Below are positions 1 through 12,861 of a stretch of DNA of 64,000 nucleotides, piece by piece. Each line of letters begins with the position of its first letter. Positions within the stretch are counted from its first letter, which is position 1. This DNA comes from Octopus sinensis (taxonomy: Eukaryota): NCBI RefSeq assembly GCF_006345805.1, contig NC_043014.1, positions 30,194,001-30,258,000 of the forward strand, written 5' to 3'. The position numbers and the translations under genes were made by a program. The notes under the pieces were generated by a model. That model saw nothing but the letters and a program-made list of their open reading frames with translations. It had not been told where the DNA came from and did not search any database.

Positions 1-250
1 AGGGGGTGGTGGTGAACCCTGCTGTACTCTTTCACCACAACTTTCTCTCACTCTTTCTTCCTGTTTCTGTTGTACCTGTATTTCAAAGGGCCAGCCTTGT
101 CACACTGTGTCACGCTGAATCTCCTTGCGAACTACGTTAAGGGTACACGTGTCTGTGGAGTGCTCAGCCACTTGCACGTTAATTCCACGAGCAAGTTGTT
201 CCGTTGATCGTATCAGCTGGGACCCTCATCGCCGTAACCGACGGAGTGCT
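1..250 (+). mobile_element. SINE family C (Nin-domain-like), 5' part outside the window
   Basis: ttcaaagggccagccttgtcacac...gtctgtggagtgctcagccacttgcacgttaat; an older copy lies at ~27410-27700. The Nin label is from recall, not a search. Confidence 0.65.
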
Positions 251-790
251 CCTATATATATCTTGTGATAATAAAGAGGTAATTCTTTCCTAATGACATG
301 AGCAAGCAGATGTGTAAATGTATCCAGAGTAAAAATAAGAAGTACTTCATTGTAACCTAAGTAGTACCTCCTTGTAATCCCATTACTAGAACTGGTTCAT
401 ATTCATCCTTGTCATCAAATCTTCGATAAGTGTTCCACTAAATTGCAATGCTGAAGTTACATCATCTCATTGTTACTACAATATATCTCTCTAATTTGCA
501 GTTGTCAATTTGGAAATCAGGATTGTTGTTGTATAGCTCCAGGTGAGCCCTAAATGAGATGTGCATTTAAATAGTTTCCAGCCAACCACTTATTCTCTTT
601 TTTAATGCCTATATTTATTCCTTTGCTGAACCTCTAAGTTGCAAGGATGCAAACACACTCATACTAGTAGTCAAGTGGTGGTGAGAAACAAACACAGACA
701 CAAAGATATATAAACACACACACATACGTACACATATGCACACACGCGTGCATGCACGCACGCACGCACACACAGACAGACACACACACA

Positions 791-879
<89 letters not shown>

Positions 880-1924
880 GAATATCAATGATAATTTTGG
901 TGATCATCAGATCTAAGGGGCAACTTTAAGCAAGTAAGCAAGGACTATATTATGCAATGTGTTTCTACCTCATTAAAATCGGGATGAGATTTGAAACAGA
1001 TTTGGCAACCATTTGTAGCAGGTTAGGTGACAATATAGAACAGTGGTTCCCAACCGGGGTCCATATCCCCCTGAGGACTCACATAAGATTTTGAGGATCC
1101 ACACAACAAAATAGCAAATTGGAGATCTACAATAGCATTTTAAGGGCCCCTGAAGAAATTTTGCTTTTGATGTATATGTAGTGACTGTGCATGCAGATAA
1201 GGGGCTTCCAACAGGCCTTCCAGAAGACTACTCCCTGCACATGCATGAATGAAAATCACAAAATGGTGTCTGGAACCAGGCGTCACTACAAGAGCTTTCT
1301 TAACATGAAACCAATGGTAGCCTTAATCCAGAAATAAAGAATCTTTATCCACCAACGTGGTGATGAGCACTCACTATCATTGTTTGATATATATGTATGC
1401 TCACACACACACATGCACACAGAGAGGAATAGGAAACCTAAAGATTATGACAAAATATATTGAAAGAAGAAAGAAAAATTAGTACAAATACACTTTTATC
1501 AGTGATAATATTTCTTAGTATTATTTGTATTATTTAACCCTAGAAGTAAGTATAAGACAGTAAGGTGAGGTATAGCATATAAATTATCTTACTTTACATG
1601 TTATATGTGTCAAAGAAATAATCAACAATTAAAATATATAACTAGAATTTCCACCCATTAACACTTAAACAAATAGATATGTTAAGTCAGACATGGAATT
1701 CACTTAAAGTATTCTTTGTTGTTTAATTTAAATTGAGATCATTGACGTCGTCATCATCACCATAATAATCATGGTTACTATGCAGGTGATAACCGTGCTG
1801 GTGATGATTGTGCCAGCTTGGCTTGGACAAGACTTCTTGAGACAGTATTCTATGAACGATTGCTATTCTCAATGCCAACCCTTCACTTGTTTGTAAGTAA
1901 AGTATTTAATTCCACCAGTCTTAG

Positions 1925-2340
1925 ACGCAGGGGTGGCTGTGTGGTAAGTAGCTTGCTAACCAACCACATGGTTCCAGGTTCAGTCTCACTGTGTGGCATC
2001 TTGGGCAAGTGTCTTCTGCTATAGCCCCGGGCTGACCAATGCCTTGTGAGTGGATTTGGTAGACGGAAACTCAAAGAAGCCCGTCGTATATATGTGTATA
2101 TATATATATGTATGTGTGTGTGTTTGTGTGTCTGTGTTTGTCCCCCTAGCATTGCTTGACAACCGATACGGGTGTGTTTACGTCCCCGTTACTTAGCGGT
2201 TCGGCAAAAGAGACCGATAGAATAAGTACTGGGCTTACAAAGAATAAGTCCCGAGGTCGATTTGCTCGACTAAAGGCGGTGCTCCAGCATGGCCGCAGTC
2301 AAATGACTGAAACAAGTAAAAGAGTAAAAGAGTAAAAGAG
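1925..2340 (+). mobile_element. Young SINE family A (tRNA-like head, CORE-like ccttgggcaagt block, central TA/TG microsatellite, (TAAAAGAG)n tail)
   Basis: Multiple highly similar copies in the window; A/B-box-like head (ggctgtgtggtaag...ggttcagtccc). Confidence 0.85.
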
Positions 2341-3134
2341 TCTTCACATGTTGAACCAATGAGTTGTGAAACATATTAATTAAGGGGTGAGTGAATTAAC
2401 AAATGTCACTGCTACCCCGCAAGCAGTGGCAATGTGAAGCATGCATACACACATACACACACACGTACATGTCATTGCCATTGTCATCATCATCATCTTT
2501 GTCGTCATCATCATCGTCATTGTTGTCATCATTTGGCATCTACTTTCCATGCTCGTATGGGTCAGGCAGAATTTGCTGAAGCAGATTTTCTCTGGCCAGG
2601 TGCTCTTCCTGCAACCAACTCTCACCTGTTCCTAGTAATCATGATTATTATGGTGGTGATGATGATGATGACGACAATGATCTCAATTTAAAGTAAACAA
2701 CAAGGAATACTTTAAGTGAATTCTGTGTCTGACTTAATATATTTATTTGTTTAAGTGATAACAAGTGGAAATTCTAGTTATATATTTTAATTGTTGATTA
2801 TTTCTTTGACACATATGACATGTGAATTAAGATAATAGCTATTTATAATGCTATGCCTCACCTTACTGTCTTATACTTACGTCTAGGGTTAAATAATACA
2901 AATAATGCTAAAAGCCAACCCTCACCTGTTTCTCTATAGCCAGACACGTTTTTCACAGAAGATAGGAAATGAACGACCTTTGCTAGTATGATAGTGATGA
3001 TGAGGCTCATTTACAACCATCATGTGATGTCTAGACAAGAGTATAGACAAATGCACATACAAACGCAAATGCAATCATATATATACATACATATATGCAT
3101 GCATATACACAAATATGCACACACGTATATATAT

Positions 3135-3226
<92 letters not shown>

Positions 3227-4129
3227 CACACACATATACAATGAACTTCTTTCAGTTCTTGCCTACCAAATCGACTAGCTTTGGTTGGTCAAGGCTTATA
3301 GTGGAAGACACTTGTTCGACATGCTGCACAATGGAACTGAACCCAAGACCACATGATTGGAAAGCAAGTTTCTTAACCATAGAGCCACAGAACCACAGGC
3401 TTTTGCACAGCTTCCAGCCACCAAATTTCACTCACAATTAGTCGACCCAAAGTGGGATTGAACTTGAAACTGCATAGCTACAAAGCAAACGTTTTAACTA
3501 TACACTATACCTGCACCTACAGCCACACTTGGGCCTATACATAATGATACTAACAGCCTAGCGTTAGAACTCAATATACATATGCCTCAGAATAAAGTGA
3601 TAGGTGAGTACAGAGCATGACATGAAATTAAAGAAATTCACATTAAGGGGACAGAAATTACATAATCAGCTTCATTAGCTAAGAGTTGTTTCTGCTATAA
3701 GGTGCAGTGCACTCAGAGATAAGTGCTTGAGCATCATCTCATAACTTCCTCAGAGTTTCTAAAATTCAAGGAAGCTATAAGGCGATGCAGAAGCACTCAG
3801 CTCTGAGTTCACAACATCTTATAGAAGAAACAGCTGTAAGGTATTGAAGATGGTTACATAATTCCTGTTATCTTGTCATTTCTTTAAATGCATATTGAAA
3901 TATCTTTATCTTTTACTTGTTTCAATCATCAGACTGTGGCCATGCTGGAGCACTGCCACGAAGAACTTTTAGTTGAACAAATCGACCTCAATACTTATTT
4001 TTTTTGCTTAGCCTGGTACTTATTTTATTGGTCTCTTTTGCCAAACCACTAAGTTAGAGGGATGTAAACACACCAACACTTGTTGACAAGCAGTAGTGGA
4101 GGACAAACATAAACACAGGAAACACACAC

Positions 4130-4568
4130 TTGGTCTCAAGAATTTGTCTTATGAAGAAAGGCTGAAAACGCTCGACCTTTATTCTCAAGAAAAACGACGG
4201 CGCCATGGTGATCTCATTCTTGCTCACAACATCATAAGCAGAAAGTGTAACCTCTTGAAAGAGCTGTTCTTCACTCCTGCTCCAGAGCGTCGGCTGCGAG
4301 GTCACTCCGAAAAGCTCTATCTGCGACGATTTCATCTCAATCGAAGGAGAGGGACTTTCTCCGTCCGGGTTGCGGATCCGTGGAATAAGCTGCTGGACGA
4401 GATGGTGAAGATGCCAACGACCGCTCGGTTCAAAGTCTCCCTTGACCACAAGTGGCCTGAACTCTTTACATGAACACCACCCTGTACATAACTCCATGTC
4501 CCCTTACATGGCCTTGCTTTTTGCTTTTTGAGCCAAAAATTAACTAACTAAACTAAACTAAACTAAAC
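4130..4568 (+). mobile_element. CR1-like LINE 3' fragment with 10-bp target-site duplication, inserted into an older SINE
   Basis: LKNLSYEERLKTLDLYSQEKRRRHGDLI...LRGHSEKL...RVADPWNKL..FKVSLD, with (AACT/AAACT)n tail. TSD aaacacacac at 4120-4129 and 4569-4578. Confidence 0.85.
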
Positions 4569-5084
4569 AAACACACACAACGATAGGTTTCTTTTCTAGG
4601 AAAATTCTTTATATTTTTGTTTTGTTAAATTTTGATTTGATGTGTCATGCTTAATGCGTATTACAAGTTCATGTGACAATATATTATCAGTCACAAATTT
4701 GTGTAACATGACATTGTCCTATGTCTCAGATCCATGTCACATTGATACTTCATTATTGGTTCATGTAACATTGATTTGTTGTTTGTTATGTCACAGGTCT
4801 ATGTAACATCACACCGTCACTATCTCTCTGGTTCATGTAACATCACTTTGTCACAATAGTTAATGTAGAGTTGACTTTTGTGGTTTAGAGTGTGTGTGTG
4901 TATGTGTGTGTGTGTGTGTGTGCATGAACAACTGTGTAAACATACATGTACAGGCATGTGAGTGAGAAAGAGAGAGGGAGGGAGGGAGAGAAAGGGACAG
5001 AGAGACAAAGGGAGAGAGAGAGAGATTCTTCCTACTTGCACTGCTACAAATGTCAAATTGACAGATACAGACACACACACACAT

Positions 5085-5390
5085 TCTAACACACACTCAC
5101 ACACATTTACTCTCTCATGCACACACACACACACACACACACACATTCACAAACATGCACTCACACGCATACCCTCTAACACACACTCACACACATTCAC
5201 TCACATATACACACATTTGCACATGCACTCTCTCTCCCTCTCACACACACACACACACACACACATTCACAAACATGCACTCACACGCATACCCTCTAAC
5301 ACACACTCACACACATTCACTCACACATACACGCACTCGCACATGCACTCTCTCTCCCTCTCTCTCACACACACACACACATACACACAC
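5085..5390. repeat. CA-rich tandem repeat, ~120-bp unit x ~2.5
   Basis: acacattcacaaacatgcactcacacgcataccctctaacacacactc recurs at ~5140 and ~5260. Confidence 0.85.
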
Positions 5391-5451
5391 TTTTATATAC
5401 AGACATACTGATAGAGATATCTGGTATGAATATATAAGAGTGTTTAGTTAC

Positions 5452-5572
5452 CTTTCTGAGGACCAGTCCATGAGCAATGCTTTCACTGAGCATATAACCA
5501 GCCACCAAGTGAGTCACATTGCCAGCTTCTCCACAATGAGGCCGAAGGACAAATGTATTGAAACCACGTTCT
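5452..5572 (-). CDS. AMPD2: AMP deaminase exon (ERGFNTFVLRPHCGEAGNVTHLVAGYMLSESIAHGLVLRK), catalytic HCGE motif
   Basis: Acceptor ttgttgtttcAG, donor AAG|GTAACT. 121 nt, phase 2 to 0. Hallmark LRPHCGEAG. The next expected exon (APVLQYLYYL...) was not found at 1-5451. Confidence 0.97.
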
Positions 5573-5777
5573 CTGAAACAACAACAATGGATGCAAGTAT
5601 GATACATGTAATAGATGTATGCATAGGCACAAGTGTGGCTGTGTAATAATAAACCACATGGTTCTGGGTTCAGTCCCACTATGTTGGACCCTTGGCAAGT
5701 GTCTACTACTTGGGTGCACTAAAATCTTGTGAGTGAATTTGGTAGGCAGAAACTGAAAGAAGTCTGTCGTGTGTTTG

Positions 5778-5816
<39 letters not shown>

Positions 5817-6660
5817 ATGCGCGTGTGTATGTGTGTGTGTGTGTCTGTCTGTCTGTGTGTGCGTGTGCGTGCGTGCATGCACACGTGTGTGCATATGTGT
5901 ACGTATGTCTGTGTGTTTATATATCTTTGTGTCTGTGTTTGTTTCTCACCACCACTTGACTACTAGTATGAGTGTGTTTGCATCCTTGCAATTTAGAGGT
6001 TCAGTAAAGGAATAAATATAGGCATTAAAAAAGAGAATAAGTCCTGAGATCAATTCATCAAACTAAAATTTCTCCAAAGTGGTGCCCCAGCATGGCTGCA
6101 GTCTAATGACTGAAACAAGAAAAAGATTTTAAAAATTGATCTATGTTAACGTAGGTTAGACAGGTCTGCAAATTCAGATGCAATGAGTAATTCAAGGTAC
6201 ATGCGTGGTGTTTAGGTGGAGTGTGAGAAAGTACCAGACATACCTAGGCGAAGATCAAGAAATACATGAAGAGAAGGGATGAAATCTGATCTCATGATGT
6301 CTGTTTTCAAATAAAGTACCAGATCTCTTTCAGAAATCCAGGGATATTATGCAATATCATGCAGGTATATTGTATCCTGCAGTGAGCAAGCAGACGTTCT
6401 TTTTGGAGTTGGTTAATTTGCATATGGTTTGTTATAAGTAGTTCTGTTCTATATATATGATGGGCTTCTTTCAAATTCTGTCAACCAAATCCACTCACAA
6501 GGCTTTGGTCAGCCCAAGCTTTGGTCAGCCCAAGCTTTGATAGAAAACACTTGTCCAAGCCTTAGTGGAAGACACTTGCCCAAGGTGCCATGCAGTGGGA
6601 CTGAACCTGAAACCATATGGTTGGGATACAAACTTCTTACTACAAAGCTATGTCTGTGCC

Positions 6661-6694
<34 letters not shown>

Positions 6695-6813
6695 CACAAT
6701 TGAAAAATAGGATAAAATCTTTATAAGAATTTATCAAGTAGTTAGCGTGAATGGTAGTTTTGACTTTAAGAGTCCCTCTTGGCGTGAGGCATTAATGTAT
6801 AGTAATGCCCTTA

Positions 6814-6844
<31 letters not shown>

Positions 6845-6940
6845 AAATCCGATGCAGGATTGAGATTGTACAGCAACTTTATCTAATACAGTTCTATATT
6901 TAAGAGATGAGGAATTATGTACATTATTTACATCTTGTTT

Positions 6941-7308
6941 GTTGTTAAAACGTTTCGGCTGATATACCCGCCAGCCTTCTTCAGGTGTCTTGGGGAAATT
7001 TCGAACCTGGTTTCTCATTCCTAAGGTATATTTCGATGTTATTATTATCATTATTATTATTGTTATTGTTATTGTTCAGGTCACTGCTTGGAATCGAATT
7101 CGGAATCTTGGGGTTAAGAGCGTGGGCTACTAACTCCAAGATCCCGAGTTCAATTCCAAGCAGTGACCTAAACAACAACAACAACAGCAGCAGCAACAGC
7201 AACAGCAACAACAACAACAACAATAATATAAAAAAATGCCTTAGGAATGAGAACCCAGGTTCGAAATTTCCCCAAGGTACCTGAAGAAGGCTGGAGGGTA
7301 TATCAGCC
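6941..7308. repeat. Nested fold-back element containing a hammerhead-like motif
   Basis: Outer arms ~6958-7024 / 7239-7308, inner arms 7078-~7123 / ~7128-7169, separated by (ATT)n/(AAC)n spacers. Confidence 0.85.
6944..6990 (-). ncRNA. Minimal hammerhead-like motif, canonical C3-G8 core, stem I disrupted
   Basis: GACAC-CTGAAGA-A-GGCTG-loop-CAGCC-GAA-ACGT-T; downstream TTAAC does not pair with GACAC. Confidence 0.5.
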
Positions 7309-7971
7309 AGGTAGGAATATCTCAAGATGGATAGACAACTGTTAATGGCACCAAGGCATTTATAAATTGGTTACACAGAAGTGAGTATAAATACGATGAT
7401 GATGATGATGAAGATGACAATGATGATAATAATGATGATGACAAGATAATAATGATAATGACAATGTGGAGGAAGAGGAGGTGGTGGTAGTGGTGGTGGA
7501 AATAATGGTGGTTATCTTACACTCGATCAAGGTAAATGATATGCTTTCTCTTAGAATTACACATACAAAGACTGGAAGATGAGGAAACATGACACATAGC
7601 TTACATAGGTCTTCAGTGAGAAGAGTTGAGAATGAGAAATCTATGTTAACAGAAAAGAGTGATTGGAAGTTACCTTATGTTAAGCAGTGAACTGTTGTTG
7701 TTGTTGTTGTTGAAAAGAAAACTTAGTTTTGTTGTATTTATATTTTTACTCATCAAATTGAGAAGAGAGGGCAGTAGCCAAGGCCTTCATCAACTTCAAT
7801 AGACTGAGGAGATAGGAGGGATACAGCTAACAATCAATTTGAAAATTATTAACTGGTTTGTTAAACTGGAGAATGAAAATTATGTGCGGTCACAGACTTG
7901 TCACTAAGACTTAATCTCAACTTAGTAATGCTTGTCAACAACAACAAAAACAACAACAACAACAACAACAC

Positions 7972-8027
<56 letters not shown>

Positions 8028-8073
8028 TAATAATAATAATCATAATAATAATAATGATAATGATAAAGCTGAC

Positions 8074-8237
8074 CTGCGGAATTGATTGAGGACGGTCATG
8101 TTAGCAAACATATAGTACAAATAGTAATTATATGGTGGGTTCTCATCATTGGTCCAGTTGCGTGGAAAGGGACTGTCAGCATCAAATACCACATGCTCAG
8201 ATTTCGATTCATCATCCACAGAATCAAAACCTGAAAC
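8074..8237 (-). CDS. AMPD2: AMP deaminase exon ([15 protein letters not shown]...[24 protein letters not shown])
   Basis: Acceptor ttttcttttatAG, donor CGCAG|GTCAGC. 164 nt, phase 0 to 2. Hallmark [10 protein letters not shown] and NPPY.YYLYY..AN. Confidence 0.97.
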
Positions 8238-8639
8238 CTATAAAAGAAAAGTCAAGAATCATATAACAAGAAACATCAGAGTTCAAGAAATTTTTAAAAA
8301 CTTATGAAGGATTCCTACAGACTCCATTTTGCAGAGAGAGTGGGGAGGGAGATGGAGGGGGAGCCCTTTGTTGCCAATACAGAGAACAACTCATTGGACA
8401 TCCTCCCTTTTTTTTATTCTTTCATTTCAGTTATCCCATGACTTTGTTAAAGAAAATAGCTCAGCTCACAACAGGCAGCATAATACTAACAATGAAACAA
8501 AAATGCTCTAGCATGGCCATATCCAGATGGTATGAAGCTAATTAAAGCACTAATTATCATCATCTTCTTTGTTGTGTTCATCATCATCATTGTTGTTGCT
8601 GTTATCATTATTTTGTAAGCTAGTTTCTCTGAGGTCTTC

Positions 8640-8830
8640 AGCATGGCAACTCACCATTTTTTGTGATCTTTGTCATCTTGAAAACTTCTTCCTATGTCTT
8701 CTTCAGGGTTTCTCTTCCACAGGTTCCTCCCACTTGGATCACTCAAAACTCCTTTACCCAACTATCATCCTTCATATGCATAACATGCCTGCACCAGTAT
8801 TATTTTATTTCCAGATGGGTGCAGCAAACA
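8640..8830 (-). mobile_element. RTE-like LINE remnant
   Basis: Minus strand reads ...WCRHVMHMKDDSWVK..., resembling the RTE W.GHV.RM..RW.K motif. Confidence 0.4.
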
Positions 8831-9209
8831 GCCTGGAGAGCAGTGGTGGAAGGGGACAGCAGAAAGGCTTAAGTAGGAAGTCAGGAGGATCCAGCAGAAG
8901 GGTATGAAATATATAAGTTTACTTACCTTCAGTGTTAAGTTAATTTAGTTATCATAGTAGGTGGCAGAGTAGGAAGACAGTAGGGCCTAGCAAGATGTGC
9001 TCATAAGGCATTGTAGATGGGAGAACATTTAATAAATAATGCTGATTTTACTGGCCTTCCTCAATTCTAAATCTCTCAGCATCTCAAATTTAGGAAATCC
9101 CATATTACAGGGTTCACACAAAGATTTCAATAATAGAAATACTATATCTTTGTTTAAACTGTAAAGTTAAGACTAAGAATATTAATTTATTTTTCCTTTG
9201 TATTTTTAA

Positions 9210-9242
<33 letters not shown>

Positions 9243-9248
<6 letters not shown>

Positions 9249-9830
9249 GGGAATATGATTCCAAACTTACAGTGAAAAATTCAATTTAGTAAAACTAAAT
9301 CAAATTTCACAATACATGATATATGTATATAAATTAGAGAACCACCATGTAGCAATTCAACAATGATATAATTAAATCATACCATATAGAACAAAATTAA
9401 ATATACGATAAAACATTTACCTAGAACTAAATAAAGTACAAAATAATAAATAAATAGTAATTAGTAAATAGGATACGCGTGTTTCATGGCTATATTTTCA
9501 AACTGATAACAGTAAAATCAATTCAATTTAAATATTGTCACTCTTCAGATCCAAGATAAAAACAATAAAATAATTAAATTAATATACGTATATTATCTTA
9601 TAAGAAAATATAAATATATATAAAAATACGTAATTTTTCAATAAAAAATTGAACAAAATACAATGATATATCCTAAAATAAAAACCCGAAATATCTTAAC
9701 AAATATATTCTGTTGATTAAATCTTTAAACATAGGACTTATTGTTTATAATAAATTTATCGCATTAAAAACGTGGTATAAATATAACTAGAATAAATAGA
9801 TATAAATGATGAAATAGATGAAACGGAAAA
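9243..9830. repeat. Very AT-rich interspersed-repeat-like block starting at (TA)n, with a hammerhead-like core on the minus strand
   Basis: Abrupt start after (TA)n. CTGAAGA (9548-9542) and GAAAC (9485-9481). Family assignment is inferred. Confidence 0.4.
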
Positions 9831-10974
9831 TAAGGCTGGAGAAGAAATGCCTGTCACAAAGTGTGTTTCGTAAAAGATGGAAGTATATAGCAAGTATGTT
9901 GCGAGTGAAAGAACCTGTTTAATCGAGAATGTAAAAAAGGAGAAAGCAAAGTCTTCAGTGTGAGTATGTGGTTTGTGGGGTCAACTGTGTCCTCCACTTC
10001 ATTTTGTGTTAATCACTCATTCTCATTTAATTGTATATATTTTAATTGTTTCATTAACTACCTTATTCCTAGCTGAGTTGAATGTCCAGCCCAGAAACAC
10101 AATGACATACTAGCAGTGGATTTGAACTCACAAATGAGCAGTTAGAAGTTCATAACTTATCTATTCAGTCATTTTTTCATCTCTACTAATATTCTTTCTG
10201 CACAGCCTGAAATTTTGAAGGAATGGGCTAATCAGTTACATTGACCCCAGTGCTGAATGGTAATTATTATATTGACCCTAACAGGATGAAAGACAAAGTT
10301 GACCTTGGTGAAATCTGAACTCAGAATGTAATATCTCTACTAATATTATTATTGCGTCATGTTTGATAAAATTGTATAATCAGAAGAGTATTAAATTGCA
10401 TACTTTGCACTAGGTAGTCATATTACATTTTATTCTAAGCTCAAATCACAAAGTCAACTTTGTCTTTCATCTGTCTGGCTATCAATAAAATAAAATACTA
10501 GTCAAGCGCTGGTGTCATTTTCATTGTTTTTTTCTCACCATGGAAAACGAGTGGCTTTGTGGTAATATTTAGATATCTGTAAGATAGACCAACAAAGAAA
10601 ATTCCTAAACCTGCAAAGAATAGCAGCTAAATATTCCTGAAATGATACCCTTCTTTCTAAAAAAAAAAAAGAATACACTGAACAATATAGTCATTGATAT
10701 AAAAAAAAAACAGGATGATCACAACAAAAAGATCTTTAGTCATAGGCACACTTAGTCAAAACTGACCTAGGGCTAAACAACATCACAACATGAGATGTCG
10801 CTGATCTTTGTTTAGATTTCTGCAAAGTATTGACAATAAAAACTTTATTGCAGAAAGAACAGAATGGTCACAGGATGTTGGTCTGAATACTTACAGTGAG
10901 GGACAGCTATTGCAGCCAGAATACATAGATGCAGGAAAGAAGACAACCATTGGTGGCTAGAATATATTCTCTTT

Positions 10975-11368
10975 TACTCTCTTTTATTTGTTTCAGTCAT
11001 TTGACTGCGGCCATGCTGGAGCACCGCCTATAATCGAGCAACTCGACCCCAAGACTTATTCTTTGTAAGACTTATTCTATCGGTCTCTTTTGCCAAACCG
11101 CTAAGTGACGGGGACATAAACACACCAGCATCAGTTGTCAAGCAATGCTAGGGGGATAAACACAGACACACAAACATACATGCACATACATATATATACA
11201 TATATACGACAGGCTTCTTTCAGTTTCCGTCTACCAAATCCACTCACAAGGCTTTGGTCGGCTCGAGGCTATAGACACTTGCCCAAGGTGCCACGCAGTG
11301 AGACTGAACCCGGAACCATGTGGTTGGTAAGCAAGCTACTTACCACACAGCCACTCCTGCGCCTATAT

Positions 11369-11370
<2 letters not shown>
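10975..11370 (-). mobile_element. SINE family A copy
   Basis: Reverse complement of the family A sequence; head abuts (TA)n. Confidence 0.85.
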
Positions 11371-11420
<50 letters not shown>

Positions 11421-11437
11421 TATATGTGTGTGTGTGT

Positions 11438-12310
11438 GGTCTGATCAATAATTATCCGGGCTGTTGTTATAGTAGCAAAGCTAAAACACAGAGAGTGGAG
11501 CTGCTTAGCACAGATTGACATTGAACTCTGCTATGCATGTGCACAAAGCTTTAATGTTCTAGCTCACTTCTGCTGCAAACAGCAGCAATTGGAAGAAAGG
11601 TGTGTAGCACGTCATCATCACATTGGCCATGACAGAGAAAGTTGAGCTGAGAATCTGCATCAAATTTTGCCAGAAGCTTGATGATATGCAAAGTTTTCGA
11701 AAGTTTTTCATCATTCTTGACACAATCAAGGAGATCTTGTGCAACTGAAACCCAAGTGTCTTTTTGGTCAGCTGAAAGCAGTTTTGACACAAACTTGGCA
11801 GACACGTGTCTCATACCAAAATCTTCAGTGATAATGGACTGAACTGAGCCATAACTAATCTGCACATCCTCTGTTAACTCACAGATGGTGATTCAACGAT
11901 TTCCCTCACAGTTTCATGTACATTTTCAATGTTTTTCTCAGTTCTGCTGGCTGCAGGTCTCCCAGAACATTCGTCACTATTGGTATTTTTCTCAACCATC
12001 TTGGAAACACCTGAACCCCTCAAACACTTGTGTGTAGCTCATACACTCCTCTCCATACACTTTCTGCAACTTTTTGTAGGCCTCTGAGCAGGTATCGCCA
12101 TGACAACCTTCTCTGTCACGGTCAATGTGACAATCACATGCTACACACCTTCCTAGAATGTTAAAACTACACACCTTTAACTAGAATGTTAAAACTTAAT
12201 ACACAAGCACAGCAGAGTTCAGGGTCAATCTGTGCCAAGCAGCTTCACTCTGCATGCTTTAACTTCATTACTATGGCAACTGTCCGGATACATATTGATC
12301 AGACCTCATA
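11438..12310. mobile_element. Mariner-family transposon remnant with terminal inverted repeats and two facing left ends
   Basis: TIR ggtctgatcaataattatccgg versus ccggatacatattgatcagacc(tca)TA. Minus strand encodes N-terminal transposase (EAYKKLQKVYGEECMSYTQVF, ISYGSVQSIITEDFGMRHVSAKFV). Plus arm encodes MTEKVELRICIKFCQKL. Confidence 0.85.
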
Positions 12311-12861
12311 CAGAAAGGAGAATAGTCAATTGTAGTGAAATATATACATACACACGTGTATATATTCTCTTTTACTCTTTAATTTGTTTCAGTCATTAGA
12401 CTGTGGCCATGCTGAAGCACCACCTTGAAGAATTTTTAGTTGAATGTATCAATTTATTTTTCTATTTTTTTATTTTTTTAAAGCCTAGTACTTATTCTAT
12501 CAGTATCTCTTGCTGAAGCGTTAAATTACAGGGACATAAACACACCAGCACTGGTTGTCAAGCAGTGGTGAGGGACAAACACTGACACAAAGATACATAC
12601 ATACATAGATATATATATACATATATATATACATACATAAATAGAAATATATTTACATATATATACATGCACACACACACACAACACACACACACACACA
12701 TATATACAACAGGCTTCTTTCAGTTTCCATCTACTAAAGCCACTCCCAAGGCTTTGGTCAGCTTGAGGCTAGAGTAGAAGGTGTCATGCAGTGGGATTGA
12801 ATCCAGAACCATGTGGTTGGGAAGCAAGCTTCATGGCCACCCCAGCGCCTATATATATATA

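Noticed and set aside
1042-1150. cagtggttcccaac start resembling a hAT MITE end
   Set aside because: No matching opposite TIR or 8-bp TSD could be identified.
1-5451. Search for the next AMPD exon (APVLQYLYYL...SPLSNNSLF...STDDP)
   Set aside because: Not found on the minus strand; presumably left of the window, so no truncation or pseudogene claim is made.
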